32,000 nucleotides of DNA from Candidatus Harpocratesius repetitus (lineage in GTDB: Archaea > Asgardarchaeota > Lokiarchaeia > Sigyniarchaeales > Promethearchaeaceae). A program made the translations under genes and the position numbers. Location of the stretch: positions 1,980,001-2,012,000 of the forward strand of contig JAIZWK010000001.1 of assembly GCA_021498095.1 (NCBI GenBank), in the 5' to 3' direction. The notes beneath the pieces were generated by a model. The model saw only the letters and a program-made list of their open reading frames with translations, made no database searches and was not told the DNA's origin. Below, piece after piece: positions 8,655-17,453 of the stretch. How positions within the stretch are numbered: position 1 is the stretch's first letter; each line of letters starts with the position of its first letter.

Positions 8655-9872
8655 TTAAATTTTGAGCACAAATTTTGGTTTTAATTTTAATTCCATCTTT
8701 CCCAATTGTAGATCTTCAATTTTATTTACTACTTTCTTACCACGATATGAAAACTGGGTTTCGGCTACATCACTGAATATAGTAATTGCTTCTTCATTTT
8801 CTTGCTCACAGATAAAATATCTCATACCATCAATCTCGAGAACATCCGTAACTCTATTAATGTGAGAGAGAAGATATCCTCCACCATGAGGAACAACATT
8901 AAAGTTCGCAAGATGATGATATACATTATTTTTTTTTGCTCGTTCTTCAAAGCCTAAATTCATAATTTGTTCTGAGTTTAGATTTGGTAACGCACTAACA
9001 ATATACATTGGTAAATCGGATCGAAGTGCTACAGGAAATAATTTCTTTGGATCTTCTGTTATATGTTGAGATCCTAATAATAATTCCCCATATGTTACTA
9101 ATCCTTGATGCATTGGATTAGAAATTACTTCGATTTTTCCAAAAAGCATTTCTGCGGCTTTTTTACGTTTTTCTGCAGCATACCAATGAGCATATTTGAA
9201 AAATTCCATAAATTCCTTTGCATCTGTTCCATCTAAATAAAGAATTGGCCCAAAAGGTGTTTCGATTTTTTTACATATATCTCTTAAGTCAGGTGATTTA
9301 TCATAATATAAACCGGGACCTTTTTCTGTTTTTTGACGTAATTCAGGTACAGAACCATGAATAACGAACATATAATTTGGATATTTTGTCGATTCTGAAT
9401 AGTTTTTCTCAATTTCAAATACATCAATAAAATGGTTTCCTTTTTTGAAGTCCCATTGAATTTGGATATTATCAATAAATACTTCTTTTTGAATAATTTT
9501 ATTGATATTTTGGATGATTTCACTTGGTTCTGGTAAAGTTTCCAAACCACCGACCAACATTCCACAAGCATTTGGTTTTGTATCAATAAAGATTAAAGGA
9601 TCTTTATCATCTCCCCAAGTTAATTTGCCGCCATACCCATATCCATTTTGCCACCTAATCTTATTTCGAGAAATTGTTTCATCCGGTGTTGAGATAAATG
9701 TGGCATTTGGTTCTTTTCCGAGTTGTTCCTGCGCATAATGAATTTTTGCGAGGCCATACTTAAAATTCCAGCGACATAATGAAGATGCACCATCTTCAAC
9801 CCCTAATGAAAAGTAGAATGATTTTGCACGATGAAGCAAATCTACCTTTGACAAGCTCGAAATTGGTTGCAT
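8655..9872 (-). CDS. Divergent RtcB-like (RNA ligase family) protein
   Basis: RtcB motifs in the canonical order: TPD, GYGYGG, NACGM, GNHFID, IHGS, YA-x-x-KR, MHQG, PHGGG, SYR, LKP-x-x-V-x-K at the C-terminus. Confidence 0.7.
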   Translation of the reverse strand: MQPISSLSKVDLLHRAKSFYFSLGVEDGASSLCRWNFKYGLAKIHYAQEQLGKEPNATFISTPDETISRNKIRWQNGYGYGGKLTWGDDKDPLIFIDTKPNACGMLVGGLETLPEPSEIIQNINKIIQKEVFIDNIQIQWDFKKGNHFIDVFEIEKNYSESTKYPNYMFVIHGSVPELRQKTEKGPGLYYDKSPDLRDICKKIETPFGPILYLDGTDAKEFMEFFKYAHWYAAEKRKKAAEMLFGKIEVISNPMHQGLVTYGELLLGSQHITEDPKKLFPVALRSDLPMYIVSALPNLNSEQIMNLGFEERAKKNNVYHHLANFNVVPHGGGYLLSHINRVTDVLEIDGMRYFICEQENEEAITIFSDVAETQFSYRGKKVVNKIEDLQLGKMELKLKPKFVLKI

Positions 9873-10180
9873 TGAACAACTAGAAGGAGATTCATGTTAA
9901 TAAACATTTCCCTAAAAAAGTGAGCCAAATTTGGTATCTCAAAGAACTTTGAATTTTTGTCAACTAAAAGAATGAAATGATAACTTTTGTAAGTAGAGAT
10001 ATGAAATTCATATATCGATTATACTTTAATTAATACTAATCAATTATTATAATTTTTTTTCAAAACGTTGGAGAAATTTGCACAATGATAGAAAATCTCG
10101 CAAATTAATATTATATTATGTAGCAAAGATCATTAAGGTTGGCTCTTCTAAATAGTATTAATAATTAGAAGGTAATTAAA

Positions 10181-10837
10181 ATGGTTTTTACTCGACAATT
10201 AACAAAAGAAGAAACAGCAATTCTTCTTAAATTGCAGAATTTTGTGCGTTCTGCACATGCTGAATCAAATTCACATGATTATGCTCATGTATTAAGTGTG
10301 TGTAAATATGCAATTCAAATTGGAAAAGAAATTAAAGAACCTGTTGATCCATTCATTTTAAGTGCAGGGGCATTATTGCATGATATTGGAAAGACCAATA
10401 ATGTGTTTTCACATATTCACGGTCTTTTTGGTGGAGCTTTAGCTGAAGAATTTTTAGATGGTTTAAAAATCGATCCCGAGCTACGGGATGCAATCTGCCG
10501 AGTTGTAATTCGACATACTCCGACGTCGATGATTCCCCCTGAAACACCCGAAGAAAAAGCAGTATATGATGCAGACACTTTAGATCGTCTTGGATTGATG
10601 GGATTATTACGCGGTTTCATTGGAAAAAATGGTGCGATGGATAAAATTATGTATACTTATATGGAAAAACGCAAACACGATTTTAAAAAGCTTCATTATC
10701 AGGTGAGTAAAGATCTCGGCTTAGAAGGTGAACAGATGATGCTTGCGTTCATTCAGATTATTGAAGATCGGCTTAAAACTCGCATGGATTCAATTCACGA
10801 CTTATTTTCCAAAGAAGGTTTACTTAATTCACATTAA
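10181..10837 (+). CDS. HD-domain metal-dependent phosphohydrolase
   Basis: HDYAH, LLHDIGK, H-x-x-x-G, RH and DADTLD. Confidence 0.9.
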   Translation: MVFTRQLTKEETAILLKLQNFVRSAHAESNSHDYAHVLSVCKYAIQIGKEIKEPVDPFILSAGALLHDIGKTNNVFSHIHGLFGGALAEEFLDGLKIDPELRDAICRVVIRHTPTSMIPPETPEEKAVYDADTLDRLGLMGLLRGFIGKNGAMDKIMYTYMEKRKHDFKKLHYQVSKDLGLEGEQMMLAFIQIIEDRLKTRMDSIHDLFSKEGLLNSH

Positions 10838-10887
10838 TTAAGCCATTTTTTATATTTTCATCTTTTTACTAAGATTTTTGATCTTTC

Positions 10888-11628
10888 CTAGTCTTCCAAA
10901 GATCTAATAGGCAAAACTGTTTTTGGATCATCAAATAAGATACCATCGATATTCCATTTCATAAGTTGCTTCATTACTTCGATTGGATTGGAATAATCAA
11001 TGAAATTCCAAGAAAGTGCTTGAATTTGCAGAGAATGGCATTTATCAATAAATTTTTCTGAATCAATTAGTTGGGATTTTAAGGAAATCATCTTGAAGGG
11101 TAAAGGTAGGTGTTTTTGTGAATTAATATTATATAATTGATCAAGAGGAAATTCTTTACATTTAGTGATATTTAGACATATTGGCACATCTGGGCAGATT
11201 TTATGTGCATCTTGTAATTCTGGCAAATAGCGACCGCTGAATACTATTTTAGATGATAGTTTTTTTTCTTTAATTATTTTAGCTGTGGGTATACCTGTTT
11301 TCTTTCCCTTTAATTCTATCATTAGATTAGGAAAATGATTCGATTTATGTTCAAATTCGTCAAGTAAAGCTGATAAACGTGGAATTGGCCATTTTCCATC
11401 CTTAGATCTAACTTTATCTAATTCTTGGCTGTTCCATTGTGATAATTCTCCGTTTGCATTCATAGTACGATCTAATCGTGCATCATGGAGAATATATAGC
11501 ACTTTATCTTGTGAAAGTTGAACATCAAGTTCAATATAATCCATCGATAACTGTGCTGCCTTACTAAATGCTTGAAAAGTATTTTCAACCACCCCAACCC
11601 GAAATCCCCGATGAGCAATATAAATCAT
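10888..11628 (-). CDS. Glycerophosphodiester phosphodiesterase
   Basis: IAHRG, ENT, IELDVQLSQD, ILHD, MIELK and terminal IDGILFDDP. Confidence 0.92.
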   Translation of the reverse strand: MIYIAHRGFRVGVVENTFQAFSKAAQLSMDYIELDVQLSQDKVLYILHDARLDRTMNANGELSQWNSQELDKVRSKDGKWPIPRLSALLDEFEHKSNHFPNLMIELKGKKTGIPTAKIIKEKKLSSKIVFSGRYLPELQDAHKICPDVPICLNITKCKEFPLDQLYNINSQKHLPLPFKMISLKSQLIDSEKFIDKCHSLQIQALSWNFIDYSNPIEVMKQLMKWNIDGILFDDPKTVLPIRSLED

Positions 11629-11715
11629 TTTCCTAATCTAGATATCGTTTTGGGAATTTAACTTTTGCAATAAGATTGAAAGGATGAAAGCATTGAAATA
11701 AGTCTGATCGGTATC

Positions 11716-11748
11716 TTTATATATGTCAAAAATGTAATTGATTTGACA
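11716..11748 (+). promoter_or_regulatory. TATA box plus operator-like inverted repeat upstream of hcp-like gene
   Basis: TTTATATA at 11716-11723, about 30 nt before ATG 11753. It is immediately followed by TGTCAAA-N11-TTTGACA (11724-11748). Confidence 0.55.
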
Positions 11749-11752
11749 GATC

Positions 11753-12337
11753 ATGTATAAAAATAAATTTTCATCTTTATATAAGTTTAAAATTGGCTTT
11801 TTATTGTTATTATCGCTTTGTTATACCCCATTCTTTGTTCAGGCTGTGAATCCACAAGATATTCCATCTCCTTCTACAGATGATGACGCACCTATTCTCC
11901 AGATGAATCTCTGGATTGAAAGTCAAGTTTCTGGAGTTATTCAAGGGAGTTCAACAACAGCAGGTAGGGAAGGTTCGATGGAAGTTCTCGGATATCATCA
12001 TCTTATCTCAACATCTCCTGATAGTACGAATCAACACTCACCTTTTCGCATTGTGAAGGTCGTTGATAAAGCAAGTCCATATTTAATGCAAGCTTTATGT
12101 AATCATGAACTACTCGTTTCAGTGGTTTTACGTTTCTATCAGAAAGATGAACTATATGGAAATTATGTGGAATTTTATCGCATTGAACTGACCAATGCTA
12201 AGTTAATTGGAATTGAAACTCATGCATTAGTATCAGGAGAACTAACAGAAACTATCTCTTTAAATTATGAGTCGATTTCTTGGATTTGGGTAGAAGATGG
12301 AATTGAATATACAGAAACTGTAGGTGATGTTTTCTAA
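11753..12337 (+). CDS. hcp: Hcp/TssD-family tube protein homolog with N-terminal signal peptide
   Basis: Residues ~50-194 follow the Hcp pattern: G-x-I-x-G...GREGSMEVLGYHH...HSPFRIVKVVDKASPYLMQAL...E-x-L-x-x-V-x-LRFY...FYRIELTNA...ETISLNYESISW. The N-terminus is basic, then hydrophobic, ending in VQA. Confidence 0.85.
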   Translation: MYKNKFSSLYKFKIGFLLLLSLCYTPFFVQAVNPQDIPSPSTDDDAPILQMNLWIESQVSGVIQGSSTTAGREGSMEVLGYHHLISTSPDSTNQHSPFRIVKVVDKASPYLMQALCNHELLVSVVLRFYQKDELYGNYVEFYRIELTNAKLIGIETHALVSGELTETISLNYESISWIWVEDGIEYTETVGDVF

Positions 12338-12381
12338 TCAAAAACTTATCAACACTTATTAACCTAAATCATAAAGTAAAA

Positions 12382-13119
12382 TTGATAAAAATGAGAAATT
12401 ATAAAAATTTCACCCAGATTTGCCAACTATGGCTATTTATTTTTACTATTCTATCATCTGGTATGATCTTAAGTAGTTCAGCGTATGATGGTGTGATTAT
12501 TCCTATAAAAAATGCTACACATTATAATTTCTCTGTAATTGTTGTATATGATGTAAATTTGGAAAGCATTTTTTCATTCACAGACAGGAAAGAAGATTCA
12601 TTTGTAACAATTTTGCAATTCTGTGTTGGAGATAAGAATATTGGAATAATGCTATTTACAGTTGATCAAGGTAGTTATTCTTGTAGGTATTTGCTCGGAT
12701 CATTTGATTCATCATTATCGGTATGGGAACAAGGAGCAAAGAACACTCATTTTCAAATATTAGATGAACAAACTATTCAATTCACATTCTTAGAATTAAG
12801 TCCTCAAATTGTATCTTCAGAATTATGCGTATATATTTTAGCATTCACAACTTCTGATTCACCAGAATCGGTAAAAAGCAATTTATCCACCTATTTGGAT
12901 AGTTATCATTCTGCAATTAAAGAATCTCAAAAAATGAGTGAACCTATTTTTAATGAATATAACCAGACTTCTTCAAATATCGGTTCTGATAATTCTACTG
13001 ATAGTAGCCCCGCCAATGATGAAAAATTTAGCATAAATGGGTTTCATAGTTTTACAGTTGTATGTATTTTAACTTTAATTGTGATAATATGGAAAATGAA
13101 AACGAAAGAGAAAATGTAA
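12382..13119 (+). CDS. Secreted, C-terminally anchored surface (glyco)protein with CTERM-like sorting signal
   Basis: Signal peptide ending SSA (likely start ATG 12391). Several N-x-S/T sequons (NAT, NFS, NLS, NQT, NST), a Ser/Thr/Asn-rich linker, then INGF, a TM helix and a basic tail KMKTKEKM. Confidence 0.7.
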   Translation: MIKMRNYKNFTQICQLWLFIFTILSSGMILSSSAYDGVIIPIKNATHYNFSVIVVYDVNLESIFSFTDRKEDSFVTILQFCVGDKNIGIMLFTVDQGSYSCRYLLGSFDSSLSVWEQGAKNTHFQILDEQTIQFTFLELSPQIVSSELCVYILAFTTSDSPESVKSNLSTYLDSYHSAIKESQKMSEPIFNEYNQTSSNIGSDNSTDSSPANDEKFSINGFHSFTVVCILTLIVIIWKMKTKEKM

Positions 13120-13214
13120 TGTCGCATAACAAAATAGAAAATGAAAATAAAATGAAAAATTCCTGAAATAACAGGAAAAAAAACTAAACCCCACGAAAAA
13201 TATATAATTTGTAT

Positions 13215-13502
13215 TTATTGGGCTGCTAAAATATCTGCAGCTGTGATTCGCTTTCGCTTTTCAGCTTTGACAATTTTCAAAGCATCCTTAGTTAATTTTG
13301 TTCCTACTTTTTCTAGTTGCTTAATTAACATGGTTACTGCATCTTCTGCAACTAATTCTGCACCTTCCGCTTTCATTAATCGACGAATAGGTGCTTTGGC
13401 AATATGTCCTCCACTCTTTGATGAAGATTTCTTCTTAGAAGCCGCTTTTTTTGGTGCTGCTTTCTTTTTCGGCTTCGCTTTACTTACTTTTCTCTTAGCC
13501 AT
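13215..13502 (-). CDS. Archaeal histone (HMf-type fold) with Lys-rich N-terminal tail
   Basis: Residues 33-95 (IAKAPIRRLMKAEGAELVAEDA...RKRITAAD) match the HMf fold, including the R-x6-D salt bridge. Residues 1-32 form a tail with 13 Lys. Confidence 0.93.
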   Translation of the reverse strand: MAKRKVSKAKPKKKAAPKKAASKKKSSSKSGGHIAKAPIRRLMKAEGAELVAEDAVTMLIKQLEKVGTKLTKDALKIVKAEKRKRITAADILAAQ

Positions 13503-13677
13503 AATATATCACTTTTGTTTGATTTATGATAAAAAAAATTCTCCGCAAAAAGGAGTTAACTTCATATACTCCTTATTTTGATTAACTCATTTTGCACTTT
13601 TAAATGTTGTCGCCTTTGGGTGAAATTCCTTCCACACTTTTCCATCTCCTCCGAATTTTTCCCGACAAATAACGACT

Positions 13678-14766
13678 ATGATTTTTAAATTAATTATCCA
13701 AATAAGCTCGTGCATCATAAGATGTGAATTCATTTATACTTCAAGCACTAAGTATAATTTGTATATGAAAGATTATGCTCTTATTTATAACCCCATTGCA
13801 GCTGCAGGAAAGACCAAAAAAAAATTTGATCTTGCAGTAAAAACTCTTGAAAATTTGAATGTTTCTTTTGATTTATTCAAAACTGAACATTTTGGCCATG
13901 CTATTGAATTAGGTGAAACTTTAGCTAAAGATGGATATCGTGTTATTGCAGCTGGTGGAGATGGAACATGTAATGAAGTATTAAATGGTGTAATTGCATC
14001 AAAAACGAATGTTTTATTGGGGTTTATTCCAATTGGAACCGGTAATGATATTCCTGGTGCTGTAGGTTACGCACCAAAACAAGTAAAGCGCGCTTGTGAA
14101 ATAATTGCATCAGGTGAAAGTGGACCTGTCGATATTGGCTTATCTCTAAATTCAACTGGTGAAAAACGGTACTTTTTAGGAATTGGAAGCCAAGGATTTG
14201 ATGCTGAAGTAACTAAACGAACCAATGAAGGTTCAAAAATGCTCCCAGGAACGTGGAATTACATTGCCTCAGTTGTAAGATCTGTATTTGGCTTTAAAAA
14301 ACGACAAATACGCGTTACTTTAGATAACGGAACCTATATAGGTGAATGCAATTTGGTAGCTGTAGGCAATGGAAAAACTTATGGGGGTTTTATGTATATG
14401 TGCCCTCGAGCGGATGTTCATGATGGGTTATTTCACATTTCTATAGTTAATATGGGTAGATTTGAGTTATTATATAAGTTTAACACAATGTATTCTAAAA
14501 CATTGCATCCAGATCGGCATATAAAAGAATTTTTCAGTCGCACAGTTAAGATCGAAATGTTTTCTCAAGATGATCCTTCTTATATTGCCCAAGTTGATGG
14601 TGAAATCATAGGGGATTTACCCATTCAATATGAATGCATAAAAGATGGTTATACATTCATCAAACCGCGAGAAGATGAAGCCGAAAAGTGGTTTAAGGAA
14701 CGTTATGGAAAAAAATTCTTTAAATATGTAGAACGATTAAAGAAAAATGGAATTGATTATTATTAA
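13678..14766 (+). CDS. Diacylglycerol/lipid kinase family protein (YegS/DgkB-like)
   Basis: IYNP-x-AAAG, AAGGDGTCNEV, IPIGTGND, GIGSQGFDA, VGNGKTYGG, VDGE. Likely true start is ATG 13765, with TTTATA about 27 nt upstream. Confidence 0.9.
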   Translation: MIFKLIIQISSCIIRCEFIYTSSTKYNLYMKDYALIYNPIAAAGKTKKKFDLAVKTLENLNVSFDLFKTEHFGHAIELGETLAKDGYRVIAAGGDGTCNEVLNGVIASKTNVLLGFIPIGTGNDIPGAVGYAPKQVKRACEIIASGESGPVDIGLSLNSTGEKRYFLGIGSQGFDAEVTKRTNEGSKMLPGTWNYIASVVRSVFGFKKRQIRVTLDNGTYIGECNLVAVGNGKTYGGFMYMCPRADVHDGLFHISIVNMGRFELLYKFNTMYSKTLHPDRHIKEFFSRTVKIEMFSQDDPSYIAQVDGEIIGDLPIQYECIKDGYTFIKPREDEAEKWFKERYGKKFFKYVERLKKNGIDYY

Positions 14767-14865
14767 AAAACGTAAAAACTCGCAAAAATTTAAGGAACAA
14801 CAGAAACTTGGTAAAAACACCAGTAATTCTACAGGTTATCAGATGCTCCTTCTTTTTTAGAAAGG

Positions 14866-15165
14866 ATGAAAAAAAAACATCGGAAAGCTAATCATTATTG
14901 TTATGCGTATCGTATTTTCGAATCTGGGGGGATAATTCAAAATTCGTCTGATGATGGAGAACCTACCGGCACAGCTGGAGATCCAATTTTATTTGTGTTA
15001 GAAAAAAGAAGATTAGTTAATATCCTTGTGCTTGTAATTAGATATTTCGGTGGAATAAAATTAGGAAAAGGCGGATTAGTAAGAGCTTATGGAAATGCAA
15101 CTATTCATATTATCGATCGACTTGGAGTTCAACCTGCGAATAATGATAAAAAAGTAATGAAATAA
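14866..15165 (+). pseudogene. yigZ: Truncated YigZ/IMPACT-family fragment
   Basis: HYCYAYR, SSDDGEPTGTAG and VIRYFGGIKLGKGGLVRAY are IMPACT/YigZ signatures. The N-terminal KKS-x-F strand is absent, and there is an in-frame TAA at 14824-14826. Confidence 0.65.
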
Positions 15166-15247
15166 TATATTCCATAAAAATGTTAAAAAATATTCCATAA
15201 AATGCAATAATATAACAAAAAAGATAAATACTAAGAAAATGTAAATT

Positions 15248-17359
15248 TTATGCATTTATATACCGGATTGGAATTGAAAAAGGAAGATTTCTGGATGATG
15301 TTCCAATCCATAAGGTATATTCACCTGGTTCTTCAATAAATGAATGTTTTTCTTCAGAATAATATTTAAATGAATCGAATTCAACTTCAATTCTAAATTC
15401 TTTTTGCTCTCCTGGATTCAACCAAATTTTCGTAAATCCTTGTAATTCTTTTGGTGCTCTTTCAACATTTGAGTGAATAGCTTTGACATATACCTGAATT
15501 ACTTCGGCTCCGAGATATTTTCCTGTATTCTCAATTGTTCCTTTAATAACCACTGGTTTTTCTTTTGTACATATTTCATTATTGCATGATATATCTCGAA
15601 TTGAAAAAGTGGTATATGATAAGCCATAACCGAAGGGAAATAGTGGATCAATACTATATTTATCAAAATAGCGATAACCGATGTAGATACCTTCATTATA
15701 ATATATTTTCTTCGCCTTTAAATCTCCAGGGAATGTGTTTTGAGATTGATGTGCAGGATGATCCTTTAGGTATTTTGGGTAAGTTACTGGAAGTTTTCCT
15801 GAAGGGGATAATTCACCAAAAATTATCCGAGCCAGTGCTTTACCTCCCATCATACCTGGATACCATGCATTAAGTATAGCTGGAACATCATCATACCAGC
15901 GAAATATATCCACAGGACTCCCTGCAATTAATACAACAACAGTATTAGGATTTTTTGCAACTGTATCATGAATAAGATTTTCTTGTTTTTCAGAAAGAGC
16001 AAAGTTTTTCCTATCTGAACCTTCTGTATCACCATCAACACCAAAAATTATATTTCTGAACATATTTCCGCCATGATCTAAACCCAGAACCAATAACACT
16101 GCATCAGCTTCATCAATTTTATCAAATTTATCTATGATTTTGATCTCTTCACTTTTTTTTGCTTTTTTATTATAATTATTGATATATTTAATGATTCCTT
16201 CTTTGGGAGTGATAAAAAATGGGGGAACTGCGGCTGAACTTCCCCCTTGGAAGGGTTTTCCAAATTTCTTATTCGCATTTGGCCCAATAATTGCGATTTT
16301 TTTCATATCCGATAATGAAAACGGTAGAAAATTATTTTCATTCTTTAATAACACCATACTTTCTTCAGCAATTCGTTGAGCAACATTTTGATGTGAAGGA
16401 TCATCAATAACTTTCGGAATTCTATTCATTAAGAAATTTTTATCATTCAATAAACCTACTCGGAAAAACGTTCGAAGCATCGGTCTAAGCGCAAAATCAA
16501 TGTCTGATTGGGAGATTTCATTCTCTTTTAGTGCTTTTAATATTTTTTTCGGTGTTAACGTTTTACTCCAACTTGGCATTTCCAAATTTAATCCTGCTTT
16601 AATGCAACTTGCTACCCCCTTAGTCCAATTTGCAGCTCCCCAATCAGAAACCACATGTCCAGTAAATCCTAATTGCTCTCGTAATACAGTTTGAAGAAGA
16701 AATTGATTTTCTGCAGCATAGACTCCGTTTATTTTATTGTATGATGCCATTATTCCCCAGGGATCGGATTTTTCAATAACACGTCTAAAATTCCGTATAT
16801 AGATTTCGAATAACGTACGTTCGTCAATTTCAACACTAATTTTCATCCGTTTAGTTTCTGAATTATTTGCAACAAAATGCTTCACACAAGCAGCAATTCC
16901 TTCTGATTGGATACCTTTAACTAAATCTGCTCCGAACTCAGAAGAAAGGAAAGGATCTTCGCTTAAATATTCGAAATTTCGCCCACATAAAGGACTTCTA
17001 ATCAGATTAATTCCTGGTGCTAGTAATTGATGTCGCCCTGAAAGTTTCACTTCTTCACTCATAGCTTTACCCATTTGAAATGCCAAATCACGGTTCCAAG
17101 TCGCAGCCAATCCAATTGTTGCAGGAAAACGAGTACGAATACCTTTTTTACTTGAATGATATGCGACTCCTAAAGGCCCATCTGTCATTCCAAAAGAAGG
17201 TAAACCTATTCTATCAATAGAATTTGTTGTCCAAAAGTCTTTTCCCCTAAGTAGTTGAATTTTTTCATTAAGAGTTAATTTGCTTAATAGAATTTCGACC
17301 TGTTCATCTAATGGTGGGTTATATTCAAAATTATTATGATCATCCTTCATAATATTCAA
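15248..17359 (-). CDS. bglX: Glycoside hydrolase family 3 beta-glucosidase
   Basis: TDGPLG, RFP, GRNFEYLSEDP, CVKHFVAN, nucleophile in VVSDWG, VLLKN, GKLPVT, YIGYRY, FPFGYGLSYT and a C-terminal Fn3-like domain. Confidence 0.95.
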   Translation of the reverse strand: MNIMKDDHNNFEYNPPLDEQVEILLSKLTLNEKIQLLRGKDFWTTNSIDRIGLPSFGMTDGPLGVAYHSSKKGIRTRFPATIGLAATWNRDLAFQMGKAMSEEVKLSGRHQLLAPGINLIRSPLCGRNFEYLSEDPFLSSEFGADLVKGIQSEGIAACVKHFVANNSETKRMKISVEIDERTLFEIYIRNFRRVIEKSDPWGIMASYNKINGVYAAENQFLLQTVLREQLGFTGHVVSDWGAANWTKGVASCIKAGLNLEMPSWSKTLTPKKILKALKENEISQSDIDFALRPMLRTFFRVGLLNDKNFLMNRIPKVIDDPSHQNVAQRIAEESMVLLKNENNFLPFSLSDMKKIAIIGPNANKKFGKPFQGGSSAAVPPFFITPKEGIIKYINNYNKKAKKSEEIKIIDKFDKIDEADAVLLVLGLDHGGNMFRNIIFGVDGDTEGSDRKNFALSEKQENLIHDTVAKNPNTVVVLIAGSPVDIFRWYDDVPAILNAWYPGMMGGKALARIIFGELSPSGKLPVTYPKYLKDHPAHQSQNTFPGDLKAKKIYYNEGIYIGYRYFDKYSIDPLFPFGYGLSYTTFSIRDISCNNEICTKEKPVVIKGTIENTGKYLGAEVIQVYVKAIHSNVERAPKELQGFTKIWLNPGEQKEFRIEVEFDSFKYYSEEKHSFIEEPGEYTLWIGTSSRNLPFSIPIRYINA

Positions 17360-17453
17360 CTGAGGATCATTAACTCACAACTTGGTAAATACCTTCTTTT
17401 TCTTTTCTCCTTTGCAAAATGGTAGCACAACATTATTTTAAAGGAATCACACT

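Noticed and set aside
8009-10620. ORFs 8009..8242, 8325..8525, 8662..8865, 9284..9586, 9502..9738, 10353..10547, 10417..10620
   Set aside because: Alternative-frame or antisense shadows of pdaD, the RtcB-like gene and the HD gene.
13243-13581. 112-aa Phe-rich plus-strand ORF
   Set aside because: Antisense of the Lys-rich histone (AAA reads TTT), so a compositional artefact.
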